Positions 10,159 to 19,974 of a stretch of 59,835 nucleotides of DNA are shown here, piece by piece (positions within the stretch are counted from its first letter, which is position 1; every line of letters begins with the position of its first letter). The translations under genes and the position numbers were made by a program. The DNA comes from Pseudomonadota bacterium (GTDB lineage: Bacteria; Pseudomonadota; Alphaproteobacteria; Rhodobacterales; Rhodobacteraceae): positions 1 through 59,835 of the forward strand of contig JBCBCR010000001.1 of assembly GCA_038530495.1 (NCBI GenBank), given 5' to 3'. The notes beneath the pieces are model-generated. The model worked only from the letters and a program-made list of their open reading frames with translations, made no database searches and was not told the DNA's origin.

Positions 10159-10562
10159 GGGGCAGATCTGTTCAGCATGTCACGTGCCGATCCCGTGTGG
10201 CGCGGCAGAGTGTCGTCGATGTGCAGCCACCGAGGCGCTGCATCGGCATGGCAATGCACCTGAGGCTGCAATCGGTCCAGATCGTCAAACAGTCCCAGCG
10301 GGACATAGATCTGGTCCGGCAGGTAATCGAACGCTGCCGCCAGTGGCGACGCGCAGTCGGCACAGGTCCATCGGCGCACGCCGTTTATTTCAGTGGTGGG
10401 CGGACCAAGGTTCGGGAGTGTTCGGGGCGCAACAGCGGCAAAGCCGGACACCACCGCGCCGGTCCAACGGCGACAATCGACGCAGTGGCAATAAGCTATG
10501 GCCAAAGGTTCGTCCGCGAACTCGAAAGACGTCTTGCCGCAGTAGCACCGCGCATGATGCAC
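10155..10562 (-). CDS. GFA (glutathione-dependent formaldehyde-activating)/CENP-V family Zn protein
   Basis: CYCG, CHCVDCRR and CADCASPL cysteine pattern. Confidence 0.88.
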   Translation of the reverse strand: MHHARCYCGKTSFEFADEPLAIAYCHCVDCRRWTGAVVSGFAAVAPRTLPNLGPPTTEINGVRRWTCADCASPLAAAFDYLPDQIYVPLGLFDDLDRLQPQVHCHADAAPRWLHIDDTLPRHTGSARDMLNRSAP

Positions 10563-10566
10563 GGGA

Positions 10567-11130
10567 TTACACCGCGACGGGGCGTACCTCGGTCACCTCC
10601 GGGATGTAGTGCCGCAGCAGGTTTTCGATGCCCATCTTGAGGGTGAGGGTCGAGGACGGGCAACCGGCGCACGCGCCCTGCATGTGCAGGTAGACCACAC
10701 CGCGGTCAAAGCCGTGAAAGGTGATGTCGCCGCCGTCCTGTGCCACGGCGGGGCGCACGCGGCTGTCGAGCAATTCCTTGATCTGTCCCACCACTACGGC
10801 GTCCTCGCCGTCATGTTCGGCGTGTCCCGACACCGGCGTCTGACCTGCGGCCATGACCGGCGCGCCGGATTGGAAATGCTCCATGATGGCACCCAGCAGC
10901 GCGGGTTTGATGTGGTCCCACTCGATCGCGTCAGCCTTGGTCACGGTGACAAAGTCTGTGCCAAAGAAGATGCCGGTGACCCCGTCGACCCCATAGAGCC
11001 GCTCCGCCAGAGGTGATGCCTTGGCCGCGTCTGCGGTCGGGAAATCCGCGGTGCCTGCGTCCAGAACGGTCACGCCAGGCAGGAATTTCAGAGTTGCGGG
11101 ATTGGGGGTGGATTCGGTCTGGATGAACAT
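10567..11130 (-). CDS. nfuA: NifU/NfuA-family Fe-S cluster carrier
   Basis: MFIQTESTPNPATLKFLPG, VRPAVAQDGGDI, GACAGCPSS; GGAG RBS. Confidence 0.92.
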   Translation of the reverse strand: MFIQTESTPNPATLKFLPGVTVLDAGTADFPTADAAKASPLAERLYGVDGVTGIFFGTDFVTVTKADAIEWDHIKPALLGAIMEHFQSGAPVMAAGQTPVSGHAEHDGEDAVVVGQIKELLDSRVRPAVAQDGGDITFHGFDRGVVYLHMQGACAGCPSSTLTLKMGIENLLRHYIPEVTEVRPVAV

Positions 11131-11155
11131 CGGCGCGCTCCTTAGGGCTATGCTC

Positions 11156-11203
11156 GATATGCGCCTCGGGGCATTGCCTGTCAAGGTTTGGAACGATTCT
11201 AAG
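11156..11203 (-). promoter_or_regulatory. sigma70 promoter of nfuA with an adjacent Irr-binding ICE box
   Basis: TTGACA-N17-CATATC (11184 to 11156); TTTGGAACGATTCTAAG at 11187-11203 matches the ICE consensus TTTRGAAYnRTTCYAAA at all but the last position. Confidence 0.7.
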
Positions 11204-11251
11204 GTAGTGCTCATCGCCCCGTGCGGGGCTCTTCGCGAAAGCCGGTGCGGC

Positions 11252-11707
11252 TCAGGTGATGGCTTCGAGCTTTTCCTTGCTCAGATCGCCGGGCACGATG
11301 GTGATCGGGATGGGCAGAGCGCCCGCATTGCGGCTGAGTTGCGTGACCAAAGGGCCGGGGCCTTTCTTGCCGGTGCCCGCACCCAGAACCAGCACCCCGA
11401 TGTCGGGGTCTTCCTGTACCTGGGCTATGATCTCATCGACCGATTGCCCCTCGCGTATGATCAATTCGGGATCAATGCCCTGCTTGTCGCGCATCCATTT
11501 GGCGAAAACCTCGAAATGCGCCTCGATCCGCTCGCGCGATTCCTCGCGCATCACGTTTCCGACGCCGATCCAGTGGTTGAACTCATCCGGCGGAATGATG
11601 GACAACACGGCAACACCGCCACCGGTATTGGCCGCGCGCATCGCGGCAAAGCGCATCGCATTGAGGCATTCACGACTGTCATCAAGGACAACCAGGAACT
11701 TGCGCAT
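11252..11707 (-). CDS. Universal stress protein (UspA family)
   Basis: KFLVVLDDS, VLVLGA...GPGPLV, PITIVP. Confidence 0.9.
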   Translation of the reverse strand: MRKFLVVLDDSRECLNAMRFAAMRAANTGGGVAVLSIIPPDEFNHWIGVGNVMREESRERIEAHFEVFAKWMRDKQGIDPELIIREGQSVDEIIAQVQEDPDIGVLVLGAGTGKKGPGPLVTQLSRNAGALPIPITIVPGDLSKEKLEAIT

Positions 11708-11806
11708 GTTGTCCTCCGTTTTGGCGTCGCCAGATCATGACGCGCCGGTCAGGCAGTGGCAATTGCAAAATCGCGCCCATGCGGCAAGGGCTGCGCCCGG
11801 TGGCAG

Positions 11807-11847
11807 ATCGGCCCTTCGGGGAGGATTTTTGGAAACAGAGAAGAGGG
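11807..11847 (+). repeat. Intergenic repeat family A
   Basis: ATCGGCCCTTCGGGGAGGATTTTTGGAAACAGAGAAGAGGG. Confidence 0.8.
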
Positions 11848-11852
11848 ACGCG

Positions 11853-12713
11853 TCAGGCGCTTGCAGCCCAGTCCCAGTAAAGCTCGCGGGCGCGGCGGGT
11901 GACGGGGCCCATCTGGTAGGACGTGTCTTCGAACGCTGTGACCGGGGTGACCTTCATCATGTTGCCGGACAGGAACACCTCGTCCGCGGCGGCGACGTCT
12001 TCAAAGCTGAGAACGGTTTCGATCACCTCCATCCCGTCGGCGCGCAGGTTGGCCATGTGGCGGGCGCGGGTGATCCCGGCGAGGAACGTGCCATTGGGAA
12101 TTGGCGTCATCACTGCGCCGTCCTTGACGATAAACACGTTGGCCGTCGCACTTTCGGCGACGTTGCCCATCGCATCGGCGACCAGCGCGTTCTGAAACCC
12201 GCGCGACCGGGCCTCGACCAGCATGCGGGCGTTGTTGGGATAAAGGCAGCCTGCCTTTGCATTAACCACGTTGTCTTCGAGAACCGGCCGCCGGAAGCGC
12301 GTGCGCGCCAGGGTCGTGGAGGTACCAGGTGCCGCCATCGGGATCGCTTCGAGGCAGATGGCAAAGCCGGTTTCCTCCGGCTGCGGCACGATACCGGTCG
12401 CATCGCCGTGAATGCCCCAGTACATGGGCCGGATATAGACCGGCGTGTCCTCGGCATAGGCCTTGAGACCGTCGCGGATGATGCCGACCATGTCTTCGGT
12501 CGACACGGTGGGGACCAGCATCAGCGCCTCGGCTGAGCGGTTGATGCGATCGCAATGCAAGGCGAGATCAGGCGCGCGCCCATCGAAATAACGCGCACCG
12601 TCGAACACAGTGGTGCCCAGCCAGCTGCCATGGTCCGCCGCGCGCATGATCGGCACGTCGCCTTCGTGCCAGCGCCCTTGGAAATAGGTGCGGATATTGG
12701 TGCCGACGGCCAT
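11853..12713 (-). CDS. Class IV PLP-dependent (branched-chain amino acid-type) aminotransferase
   Basis: VFDGAR, AKAGCLYPN, ESATANVF, LAGITR, ADEVFLSG. Confidence 0.9.
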   Translation of the reverse strand: MAVGTNIRTYFQGRWHEGDVPIMRAADHGSWLGTTVFDGARYFDGRAPDLALHCDRINRSAEALMLVPTVSTEDMVGIIRDGLKAYAEDTPVYIRPMYWGIHGDATGIVPQPEETGFAICLEAIPMAAPGTSTTLARTRFRRPVLEDNVVNAKAGCLYPNNARMLVEARSRGFQNALVADAMGNVAESATANVFIVKDGAVMTPIPNGTFLAGITRARHMANLRADGMEVIETVLSFEDVAAADEVFLSGNMMKVTPVTAFEDTSYQMGPVTRRARELYWDWAASA

Positions 12714-12779
12714 TGCGGTTCCTCCCTTTCGCGCGGTAAGCCTAGCAAGATTAGGTCATAATGCCAGACCTTTTTATCA

Positions 12780-13625
12780 TCAGCGCTGTGCTTCGAAGGC
12801 CTTGAACGCGTCAGCGTAGTCCGGGTGCCACCGCGACAGAGCCGGGCGGTCCTCGGTGATGTCGCCCGCGGCCCAAGCGACGCGGCGGGCATCTAGCGCA
12901 CGGTCGACATCGCCATCGGGGCAAAGGACGTAAAAGCTGCCTGCGCGTACGCGGTCGAGCATGTAGTCGACGGTGTCCTCGGGCGTGGCCGCCGCCGCGG
13001 GCTTTTCCGGCATAACGCGCTGGATCATACCGGTATAGGTGAACCCGGGAACAAACAGATGGGCCGAGATCGGGGCCTCTTGCGTGCGCAACTCGTGGGC
13101 CAGCTGTTCCGTCAACACTTTCACAGCAGCCTTGGAGACATTGTAAGCCGGGTTGCCGGGTGGGGTGGTGATGCCCTGTTTTGACCCTGTATTGATGACC
13201 ACCGCAGGGCGCGCCGCCGCGATCATGCGTGGAACAAAGGCCATGTGGCCGCGCAGGATGCCGTGAAAATTGACGTTCAGGATGCGTTCCCAACCGTCGG
13301 CGCCAGACCAGGGCGTATTGGAATGCCCGCCAATCCCTGCATTGTTCATCAGCACTGCAACCTCGCCCGTCGCAAACGCCAGTTCCGCGAGTGCTGCGAC
13401 CTGTGCATCTGATCCGACGTCGGTCGGGTGCGCGATCACGGGACCATCGCCGGTGGCAACAGCGGCAACATCAGCGGTCGCGGCCTCCAGCGCGTCGCCC
13501 GGCAAATCAGCCAAGATGACGCCCAGCCCCGCCTCGGCAAAGCGCAGGGCCGCGGCGCGACCGACACCGCTCGCTGCCCCTGTGACGACCGCAATACCGC
13601 CACGGGCAAGGGCTTCTGTATACAT
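12780..13625 (-). CDS. SDR family oxidoreductase
   Basis: TGAASGVG, NNAG, YNVSK. Confidence 0.92.
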   Translation of the reverse strand: MYTEALARGGIAVVTGAASGVGRAAALRFAEAGLGVILADLPGDALEAATADVAAVATGDGPVIAHPTDVGSDAQVAALAELAFATGEVAVLMNNAGIGGHSNTPWSGADGWERILNVNFHGILRGHMAFVPRMIAAARPAVVINTGSKQGITTPPGNPAYNVSKAAVKVLTEQLAHELRTQEAPISAHLFVPGFTYTGMIQRVMPEKPAAAATPEDTVDYMLDRVRAGSFYVLCPDGDVDRALDARRVAWAAGDITEDRPALSRWHPDYADAFKAFEAQR

Positions 13626-13741
13626 CTTGCGCTCCTTTCAACTGCACTGTCCCAGACTAGGCGGTCGATACGGGGCCAAGCAAGGTGCGAAGGCAGCCAG
13701 CCAACGCCGGTGCTCTGCTTCCTCAATGACAGCACCAGCCA

Positions 13742-13797
13742 CTTCTTCTGGCCAAAAATACCTCGGGGGGCCCGCAGGGCGGGGGCAGCGCCCCCTC
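13742..13797 (-). repeat. Intergenic repeat family A (variant, minus strand)
   Basis: The reverse complement reads GGGGGCGCTGCCCCC-GCCCTGCGGGC-(C run)-GAGGTATTTTTGGCCAGAAGAAG, the same architecture as 6027-6086. Confidence 0.7.
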
Positions 13798-13808
13798 CGC
13801 AATCGCCG

Positions 13809-14045
13809 CTAGTCGCCGGATTTCAACTGATACACCCCCTCGGGCAAATCCAGCGCCGCCGCCAGATCGCGCACCTGTTCGGGCGACAGCGTCACGCGCA
13901 CCACCTCGTCGCGGCGGGGATCGTATTGTTCGACCGTGATGCATTCAGCAAAGCTGTTGACGATCACGTCCTCTTGCAGCGGCGCGCTGCCTTCATCGAC
14001 AAGCGTGATCACAGTGCTGTCAAACTCGTGCTCGATACTGAACAT
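13809..14045 (-). CDS. Small acidic hypothetical protein
   Basis: 78 aa with protein-like composition; follows malY on the same strand. Confidence 0.75.
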   Translation of the reverse strand: MFSIEHEFDSTVITLVDEGSAPLQEDVIVNSFAECITVEQYDPRRDEVVRVTLSPEQVRDLAAALDLPEGVYQLKSGD

Positions 14046-14054
14046 GCCGCGCCT

Positions 14055-15224
14055 CTATTGCAGATCGCCAAAAGCGCAGGCCAGACGCTCGACCGCTTCT
14101 TCAATGCGGGCGCGTGGGGTGGCGATGTTGAACCGCAGCCAGCTGTCGCCCCCTTGACCAAAGGTGGGGCCGTGGTTCACGGCGATGCAGGCGTCCTGTT
14201 CGACGCGGCGGGTAAATTCTTCACGCGTCATCCCGGTGCCGGCAAAATCGACCCACGACAGGTATGTTGCCTCCAGCGCCATGGATTGCAGGCCGGGGAT
14301 GGCGTTCACCGCCTCATCAAAGAGCCGCCGGTTGCCGTCCAAATACATCACCAGATCGTCCACCCATGCCGCGCCCTCGGGGCTATAGGCGGCCGTGGCC
14401 ATGAACAGCCCGAACGAGTTGGGCGACAGCCCCAGCCCCAGCATCCGCGCCGCAAATCGCGCGCGCAGATCGGGATCGGCGATGATCACGTTGCCCGAAT
14501 GGCTGCCCGCGATGTTGAACGTTTTGGTGGTGGCCGTCATCATGATCAGCCGGTCCTCGATCCCTTCGATATGGGTCATCGGGATGTGGGTGTGGCCGGG
14601 CATCACCAGATCGTGGTGAATTTCATCCGATACGATGATCAGGTCGTGACGCTTGGCAAAAGCGGTGACAGCGGCCAGTTCGCCCCGGCTCCAGACGCGG
14701 CCACCGGGATTGTGCGGCGAACACAGGATAAGCATCTTTTCGCTGCCGTCCATCTGCGCGTCATAGGCGTCGAAATCCATTTCGTACCGCCCGTCGCGCT
14801 GGACCATCTCGCATTCCACCACGCGGCGGTTGTTGCCGCGGATGACCTTGGCAAAGGCGTGATAGACCGGGGTAAACAGCACCACGCCGTCGCCAGGTTG
14901 GGTGAACGTCTCCACGCACATCGCGGTACCGTTCACCAGCCCATGCGTGGTAAAGATGTGGTCCCCGTCCACCTGCCAGCCATGACGTTCGGCCATCCAC
15001 CACTGGATCGCGGCCTTGTAAGCGCTGTCATCGCCAAAATACCCGATGATCCCGTGGTCCAGCTGCGCCTGCACGGCATCCAGTACGATCTGCGGTGGCC
15101 GGAAGTCCATGTCGGCCACCCACATGGCCAGCCCCGTGTCTGCGGGAACGCCATAGAGGCTCTCCATCATGTCCCATTTTACACAATGGCTGCCGCGGCG
15201 GTCGATGATGTCGTCAAAGCTCAT
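14055..15224 (-). CDS. MalY/PatB-family PLP-dependent C-S lyase
   Basis: MWVADMDF, LCSPHNPGG, SDEIHHD, TKTFNIAG. Confidence 0.92.
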   Translation of the reverse strand: MSFDDIIDRRGSHCVKWDMMESLYGVPADTGLAMWVADMDFRPPQIVLDAVQAQLDHGIIGYFGDDSAYKAAIQWWMAERHGWQVDGDHIFTTHGLVNGTAMCVETFTQPGDGVVLFTPVYHAFAKVIRGNNRRVVECEMVQRDGRYEMDFDAYDAQMDGSEKMLILCSPHNPGGRVWSRGELAAVTAFAKRHDLIIVSDEIHHDLVMPGHTHIPMTHIEGIEDRLIMMTATTKTFNIAGSHSGNVIIADPDLRARFAARMLGLGLSPNSFGLFMATAAYSPEGAAWVDDLVMYLDGNRRLFDEAVNAIPGLQSMALEATYLSWVDFAGTGMTREEFTRRVEQDACIAVNHGPTFGQGGDSWLRFNIATPRARIEEAVERLACAFGDLQ

Positions 15225-15322
15225 GGGGGTCTCCTGCTGGCGGTTGCCGGGCAAGCTAACTGTCCCGCCAGCGGGTGCAAGTGCGCATTGCAGGGCGTGC
15301 CTGTTTCGCCTACATCGACCGC

Positions 15323-15859
15323 ATGATACGCCCGATCCTGTTGCATCCCGATCCACGACTGAAGAAAGTGTCCACCCCGGTGGCCGACCTCAGCGATGAG
15401 CTGCGCGCGCTGGCCGACGACATGATCGCTACGATGTATCACGCACCGGGCATTGGGTTGGCAGCGCCGCAAGTGGGCGTTCTGAGCCGCCTGATCGTGC
15501 TGGATTGTGTCAAGGAAGAGGGCGCGCCGCCGCGCCCCCTCGCGATGTTCAACCCAGAGATCATCGCCGCCTCGGACGAAACCAATGTCTACGAGGAAGG
15601 CTGCCTCTCGATCCCCGAACAGTTTGCCGACGTGACCCGTCCCAAGATGGTCTCCGTGCGCTGGATGGACCGCGACGGCAACGAACAGACCGAAGAGATG
15701 GACGGCCTCTGGGCCACTTGCGTGCAGCACGAGATCGACCACCTCGATGGCAAGTTGTTCATCGATTATCTCGGCCCGATGAAACGCCAGCTGATCACCC
15801 GCAAGGCTGTGAAGATGAAGAAAGAGCGCGCCCGGGAGAGCGCAGGCGAGAAAGCCTGA
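15323..15859 (+). CDS. def: Peptide deformylase
   Basis: GIGLAAPQ, EGCLS and HEIDH motifs are intact. Confidence 0.96.
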   Translation: MIRPILLHPDPRLKKVSTPVADLSDELRALADDMIATMYHAPGIGLAAPQVGVLSRLIVLDCVKEEGAPPRPLAMFNPEIIAASDETNVYEEGCLSIPEQFADVTRPKMVSVRWMDRDGNEQTEEMDGLWATCVQHEIDHLDGKLFIDYLGPMKRQLITRKAVKMKKERARESAGEKA

Positions 15860-15860
15860 C

Positions 15861-16358
15861 ATGCCGGTGCGCCCGATCCTGCAATGGCCGGACCAGCGGC
15901 TGCGCACCGCAGCCACGCCGGTCGAGGCGATCACCGATGAGATCCGCACGATCTGGGACGACATGGTGGCCACCATGGACGCGATGCCGGGGCAGGGCGT
16001 GGGCCTTGCCGCCAACCAGATCGGCGTGTTGCAGGCGCTTGCTGTGGTCGACATCACGCCCGATCGCTCGCGCCGCATCCTGCTGGCCAACCCGTCCGTG
16101 ATCGATCAGGCCGATGAGCTGCAAAGCAGCGAAGAGGCATCACCCTGCCTGCCCGGCGTGTCGGCCAAGATCAAGCGCCCCGCCAGCGTCACCATCCGCT
16201 ATCTCAACGATCAGGGCATGGTCGACCGTCGCGACTTTCAGGGGCTTGAGGCGCGGTCCGTGCTGCACCAGATCGACCACCTTGCCGGGCGGATGTATTT
16301 CGACAATCTCAGCAAGGTCAAACGCGACATGCTGCTGCGCAAGGCCAAGAAACGGTAG
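15861..16358 (+). CDS. Peptide deformylase-like protein with degenerate motifs
   Basis: GVGLAANQ present; EASPCL replaces EGCLS and HQIDH replaces HEIDH. Confidence 0.88.
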   Translation: MPVRPILQWPDQRLRTAATPVEAITDEIRTIWDDMVATMDAMPGQGVGLAANQIGVLQALAVVDITPDRSRRILLANPSVIDQADELQSSEEASPCLPGVSAKIKRPASVTIRYLNDQGMVDRRDFQGLEARSVLHQIDHLAGRMYFDNLSKVKRDMLLRKAKKR

Positions 16359-16363
16359 CTGTG

Positions 16364-17275
16364 ATGCGACTGATTTTCATGGGCACGCCCGATTTCTCCG
16401 TCCCGGCGCTGCGCGCGCTGCACGCAGCGGGTCACGAGATTGCTTGTGTCTACACTCAGCCGCCGCGACCCGCGGGTCGCGGTAAAAAAGACCGGCCCAG
16501 CCCCGTGCACCAAGCCGCCGAGACGCTGGGATTGCCCGTCCGGCATCCGGTCTCGCTCAAATCACCCGAGGCGCAGGCAGAGTTCGCCGCAATCGGGGCT
16601 GATATCGCTGTGGTCGTCGCCTACGGCCTGATCTTGCCGCAACCCATTCTCGACGCGCCGATGCATGGCTGCCTCAACATTCACGCCAGCCTGCTGCCGC
16701 GCTGGCGCGGCGCCGCACCGATCCACCGCGCGATCATGGCGGGCGATACCGAGACGGGTGTATGCATCATGCAGATGGAGGCAGGGCTCGATACCGGCCC
16801 CGTGCTTTTGCGCGAAGCAACACGCATTGGTATCGAAGACACCACCGCCGATCTGCATGACCGGTTGGCCGAGATGGGCGGCCGGTTGATTTGTACCGCA
16901 CTCGCAGACCTGCCCGATCTGACGCCACAGCCGCAACCGGACGCCGGGGTGACCTATGCGAGCAAAATCGACAAGGCCGAGGCCGCACTTGACTGGTCGC
17001 AACCGGCCGAGGTTGTCGACCGCCAGATCCGCGGCCTGTCGCCGTTTCCGGGCGCCTGGTTCGAACACGCAGGTACGCGCATCAAGGTTTTGGGCTCCAG
17101 GCTGGGGGAGGGCGCCGGGACGCCCGGCGCGATCCTCGACGACCACCTGACCGTCGCCTGCGGCAGCGGCGCTGTGACACTCACGCGCCTGCAAAAGGCT
17201 GGCAAAGGCGCACAGGACGCGGCAGAGTTTCTGCGCGGCACGCCCCTGCCGCCGGGCAGTATGATCGGAGGCTAA
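16364..17275 (+). CDS. fmt: Methionyl-tRNA formyltransferase
   Basis: [38 protein letters not shown]. Confidence 0.97.
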   Translation: MRLIFMGTPDFSVPALRALHAAGHEIACVYTQPPRPAGRGKKDRPSPVHQAAETLGLPVRHPVSLKSPEAQAEFAAIGADIAVVVAYGLILPQPILDAPMHGCLNIHASLLPRWRGAAPIHRAIMAGDTETGVCIMQMEAGLDTGPVLLREATRIGIEDTTADLHDRLAEMGGRLICTALADLPDLTPQPQPDAGVTYASKIDKAEAALDWSQPAEVVDRQIRGLSPFPGAWFEHAGTRIKVLGSRLGEGAGTPGAILDDHLTVACGSGAVTLTRLQKAGKGAQDAAEFLRGTPLPPGSMIGG

Positions 17276-17278
17276 CCC

Positions 17279-17521
17279 ATGTTCCCATCGCTGATTGGCA
17301 CGGTCGTGATTGCCGGCATCATCGGCTACATCGCCGAAAAGTCGGGCTACACCCGCAACGGCATCCTGCAGTCGATCATCATCTGCGTTGGCGGGGCGTT
17401 CCTGTTTTACTTTGTCGCGCTGATGTTCCGGATCGGGTTTGGCAGCCCTGGACTGAACGCGATTGCGGCGTCGATCGGCGCGCTGGTGATCGTGCCGACC
17501 CATTGGCGTAAGCCTAAGTAG
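17279..17521 (+). CDS. Small membrane protein (GlsB/YeaQ/YmgE-like)
   Basis: 80 aa with three hydrophobic Gly-rich helices; GGAGG RBS. Confidence 0.7.
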   Translation: MFPSLIGTVVIAGIIGYIAEKSGYTRNGILQSIIICVGGAFLFYFVALMFRIGFGSPGLNAIAASIGALVIVPTHWRKPK

Positions 17522-17542
17522 GCACGCTTCGGCCCGGCTGAA

Positions 17543-17581
17543 ATCGGCCCTCCGGGGGGGATTTTTTGAAACAGAGAAGGG
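17543..17581 (+). repeat. Intergenic repeat family A
   Basis: ATCGGCCCTCCGGGGGGGATTTTTTGAAACAGAGAAGGG. Confidence 0.82.
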
Positions 17582-17619
17582 TGGACCGTGCGCTTTTGGC
17601 TGCGCGGACAGGCGGGGTG

Positions 17620-18027
17620 CTACGCCGATAAAGTGTTTGAAATCCAATGTAGGGCGCGTCGGTATCGGGCCTCGAACGCGGCAGGCGGGTCTGTGGCCAG
17701 GTCCTGCCAGAAAAAGCGGAAGACGTGGCCGCCATCATCAGCGCACAGGTGCTGCCATTGCGCGCGCACCGGCGGTTTGATCCGGCACAGCGCGAAATGC
17801 CAGCGTTCGCCTGCGTAGATGTCGTCTGACACGCCCAACAGGATGGCCGACCGTGTCTCGAGACCGGATTCTTCGAACAACTCGCGCGCCGCACCTTGTT
17901 CCGGACGTTCGCCTGTGCGCAGTCCGCCTTTGACGATCTGCAGACCAGCTTGCGGGTGCGCGAACGCAGCGATCCGCATCGGCGCGCCATCGGGGTGCAG
18001 CGCCACGGGGCAGACGACCTGCCTCAT
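17620..18027 (-). CDS. NUDIX hydrolase
   Basis: Nudix box [23 protein letters not shown]; ATGA overlap with the rnhA stop. Confidence 0.85.
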   Translation of the reverse strand: MRQVVCPVALHPDGAPMRIAAFAHPQAGLQIVKGGLRTGERPEQGAARELFEESGLETRSAILLGVSDDIYAGERWHFALCRIKPPVRAQWQHLCADDGGHVFRFFWQDLATDPPAAFEARYRRALHWISNTLSA

Positions 18028-18479
18028 GTGCTCTTGAAAGGCGCCATGCCCGCCCGCGCCAATGCGTCCGCGCGCTCGTTCTCGGCGTGGCCCGCGTGGC
18101 CCTTGACCCATTTCCACGTGACGCTGTGACGGGCCTGCGCGGCGTCGAGACGTTGCCATAGATCAGCGTTTGCCACCGGCTTTTTTGCCGCGTTCTTCCA
18201 GCCGTTACGCTTCCAGCCGTGGATCCACGCCGTGATCCCGTTTTTGACATAGTTGCTGTCGGTCACGATAGTTAGCTCGGCAGGCCGGTCGAGCGTTTCA
18301 AGCGCCATGATCGCCGCCATCAGTTCCATCTGGTTGTTGGTCGTCTGCGCCGCGCCGCCGCTGAGTTCGCGCTGTTTAACGACCTCATCGCCGCGCATCG
18401 CCTGCAGCAGCACGCCCCATCCGCCGGGGCCGGGATTGCCTGAACAGGCACCATCGGTATAGGCAAAGAGATCAGACAT
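18024..18479 (-). CDS. rnhA: Ribonuclease HI
   Basis: [43 protein letters not shown]. Confidence 0.97.
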   Translation of the reverse strand: MSDLFAYTDGACSGNPGPGGWGVLLQAMRGDEVVKQRELSGGAAQTTNNQMELMAAIMALETLDRPAELTIVTDSNYVKNGITAWIHGWKRNGWKNAAKKPVANADLWQRLDAAQARHSVTWKWVKGHAGHAENERADALARAGMAPFKST

Positions 18480-19074
18480 TGGCCGTCTTGCGCGCAAGGA
18501 TCACGATAAAGGGCGCGATTTCGCCTGATAGCCCGGCCTCTTCGCCGGTGCGGGTGAATGCGATGGCAAAGCCCGCGCGGGCAAAAAGATCGCGCAGCGG
18601 GGCCTCCTCCATGTAGGAATACATGCGGCCGATACTGTCGCGGACCTCGCCGGAGCCAAGCTTGGTGCCGAAGTGGAACACCCCGCCCGCAACAAGGGCG
18701 TCATGGATCGCGCGAAACTGTGCCTCCCAACGGTCGAGCGGCGTGTGCAGCATCGAAAAGTTGGCCCAGATGCCATCGTAAACGCCCTGCGCCGTCAAAT
18801 CGTCATAACCCGCGGCCCGCGTCGTGACCCCGGGCCGTGCGGCGGCCAAGGCACGCATTTCGGGCACCGGATCCCATGCCTCTGCCTGATGCCCCGCGGC
18901 GGCCATAAAGCCTGCCGCCATGCCCGGACCGCAGCCGATGTCGAGTACGCGCGCGCCGCGCGGCAACGCGTCGAGAAATCGTTGCAGGTCCGCGTCCGGG
19001 GCATCCCGGCCCACCAGTGCATCGTATTCCTCGGCTTTGGCGGCGTAGACGTCCAGTGTTTCCCGATCGTTCAT
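18472..19074 (-). CDS. Class I SAM-dependent methyltransferase
   Basis: [21 protein letters not shown]. Confidence 0.9.
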   Translation of the reverse strand: MNDRETLDVYAAKAEEYDALVGRDAPDADLQRFLDALPRGARVLDIGCGPGMAAGFMAAAGHQAEAWDPVPEMRALAAARPGVTTRAAGYDDLTAQGVYDGIWANFSMLHTPLDRWEAQFRAIHDALVAGGVFHFGTKLGSGEVRDSIGRMYSYMEEAPLRDLFARAGFAIAFTRTGEEAGLSGEIAPFIVILARKTANV

Positions 19075-19075
19075 C

Positions 19076-19525
19076 TCAGATCACCGTAAGGCCAAGGCAG
19101 ATCACGACGATCCCCGTCAAAAGAACCCGCAGCGGCATCCACCAGGATGGTGTCAGGCCCCAGCGATAAAACGCAAAATCGAGCATCAACAGCCCGACAA
19201 AACCAAAGATCAGGTTTGTCGCTGCACTGACCGGGCCACCGCCGGTCATGAAAAACGCCCATAGCGCTGGCAGCACCGACAAAGCGTAACCGGTGGCCGC
19301 TTGTGCGCCGTCGGCCTTGGTCGCAAACCCCCACAGCACGCCGGACATGAAGCTGAGGATCACCGAGCCGTAAAACAGCTGCACATAAGGGCCGACGAAC
19401 CGCGGTCCGACGGCTTGGGCACCGAAATTGGCCAGCGTCGGGCTGAACAGCGTGGCCGCGCCCCACAGGAAAGGCAGCAGCCCGGCCAGCCCCAACAACA
19501 GGGGCGCGCGGGGGATGGATGTCAT
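19076..19525 (-). CDS. DUF3429-family membrane protein
   Basis: LGLAGLLPF, YGSVILSFMSGVLWG, PSWW..LRVLLT. Confidence 0.85.
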   Translation of the reverse strand: MTSIPRAPLLLGLAGLLPFLWGAATLFSPTLANFGAQAVGPRFVGPYVQLFYGSVILSFMSGVLWGFATKADGAQAATGYALSVLPALWAFFMTGGGPVSAATNLIFGFVGLLMLDFAFYRWGLTPSWWMPLRVLLTGIVVICLGLTVI

Positions 19526-19974
19526 AACTCGGCCACCAGCTTTGCAATGCGTTTTGACCGGGTTTCGGCCCTTTTGGCGCTGTTGACAAGATGCAAAAGC
19601 CCGCGCTTGCGCCCCGGGGTCAGGGCGTCCCACGCGCCTGTTTTTTCCGCAGTGCGCAGGGCGTGGGCCACGTCGTCGGGCGTGTCGACCACGTTCGGGT
19701 CCGCGGGCCGGATCCGCGCGTCGAACACCTCACCCGGCGCGATACCGCTGTCTTTGAGAAAGCTCTTGCCGGTGTAGACAAAGACGCCGTCGATCACAGG
19801 CGCCTTGGTCAGCGCGAGGTTGACGGGGTAGTCGGCAAATTCGCCCTCGATCCGCTTTGTGCCTGCGGGCATCGCTGCGATCACCTCATCGGGGATGCGC
19901 AGGATGGTAAAGGTCTGATCGCCCCAAGGCATGGGGACGATCCGACCTTCGAAGTCGTGCCAGTCGTCGGTCAA
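19522..19974 (-). CDS. YdeI/OmpD-associated family protein (DUF1905 plus OmdA)
   Basis: TTG start overlapping the LysE stop; C-terminal PDDVAHAL...WDALTPGRKR...SAKRAETRSKRI. Confidence 0.8.
   Translation of the reverse strand: MTDDWHDFEGRIVPMPWGDQTFTILRIPDEVIAAMPAGTKRIEGEFADYPVNLALTKAPVIDGVFVYTGKSFLKDSGIAPGEVFDARIRPADPNVVDTPDDVAHALRTAEKTGAWDALTPGRKRGLLHLVNSAKRAETRSKRIAKLVAEL

Noticed and set aside
13428-15326. 632-aa plus-strand ORF
   Set aside because: Antisense to malY and its neighbours and runs through a repeat; no motifs.
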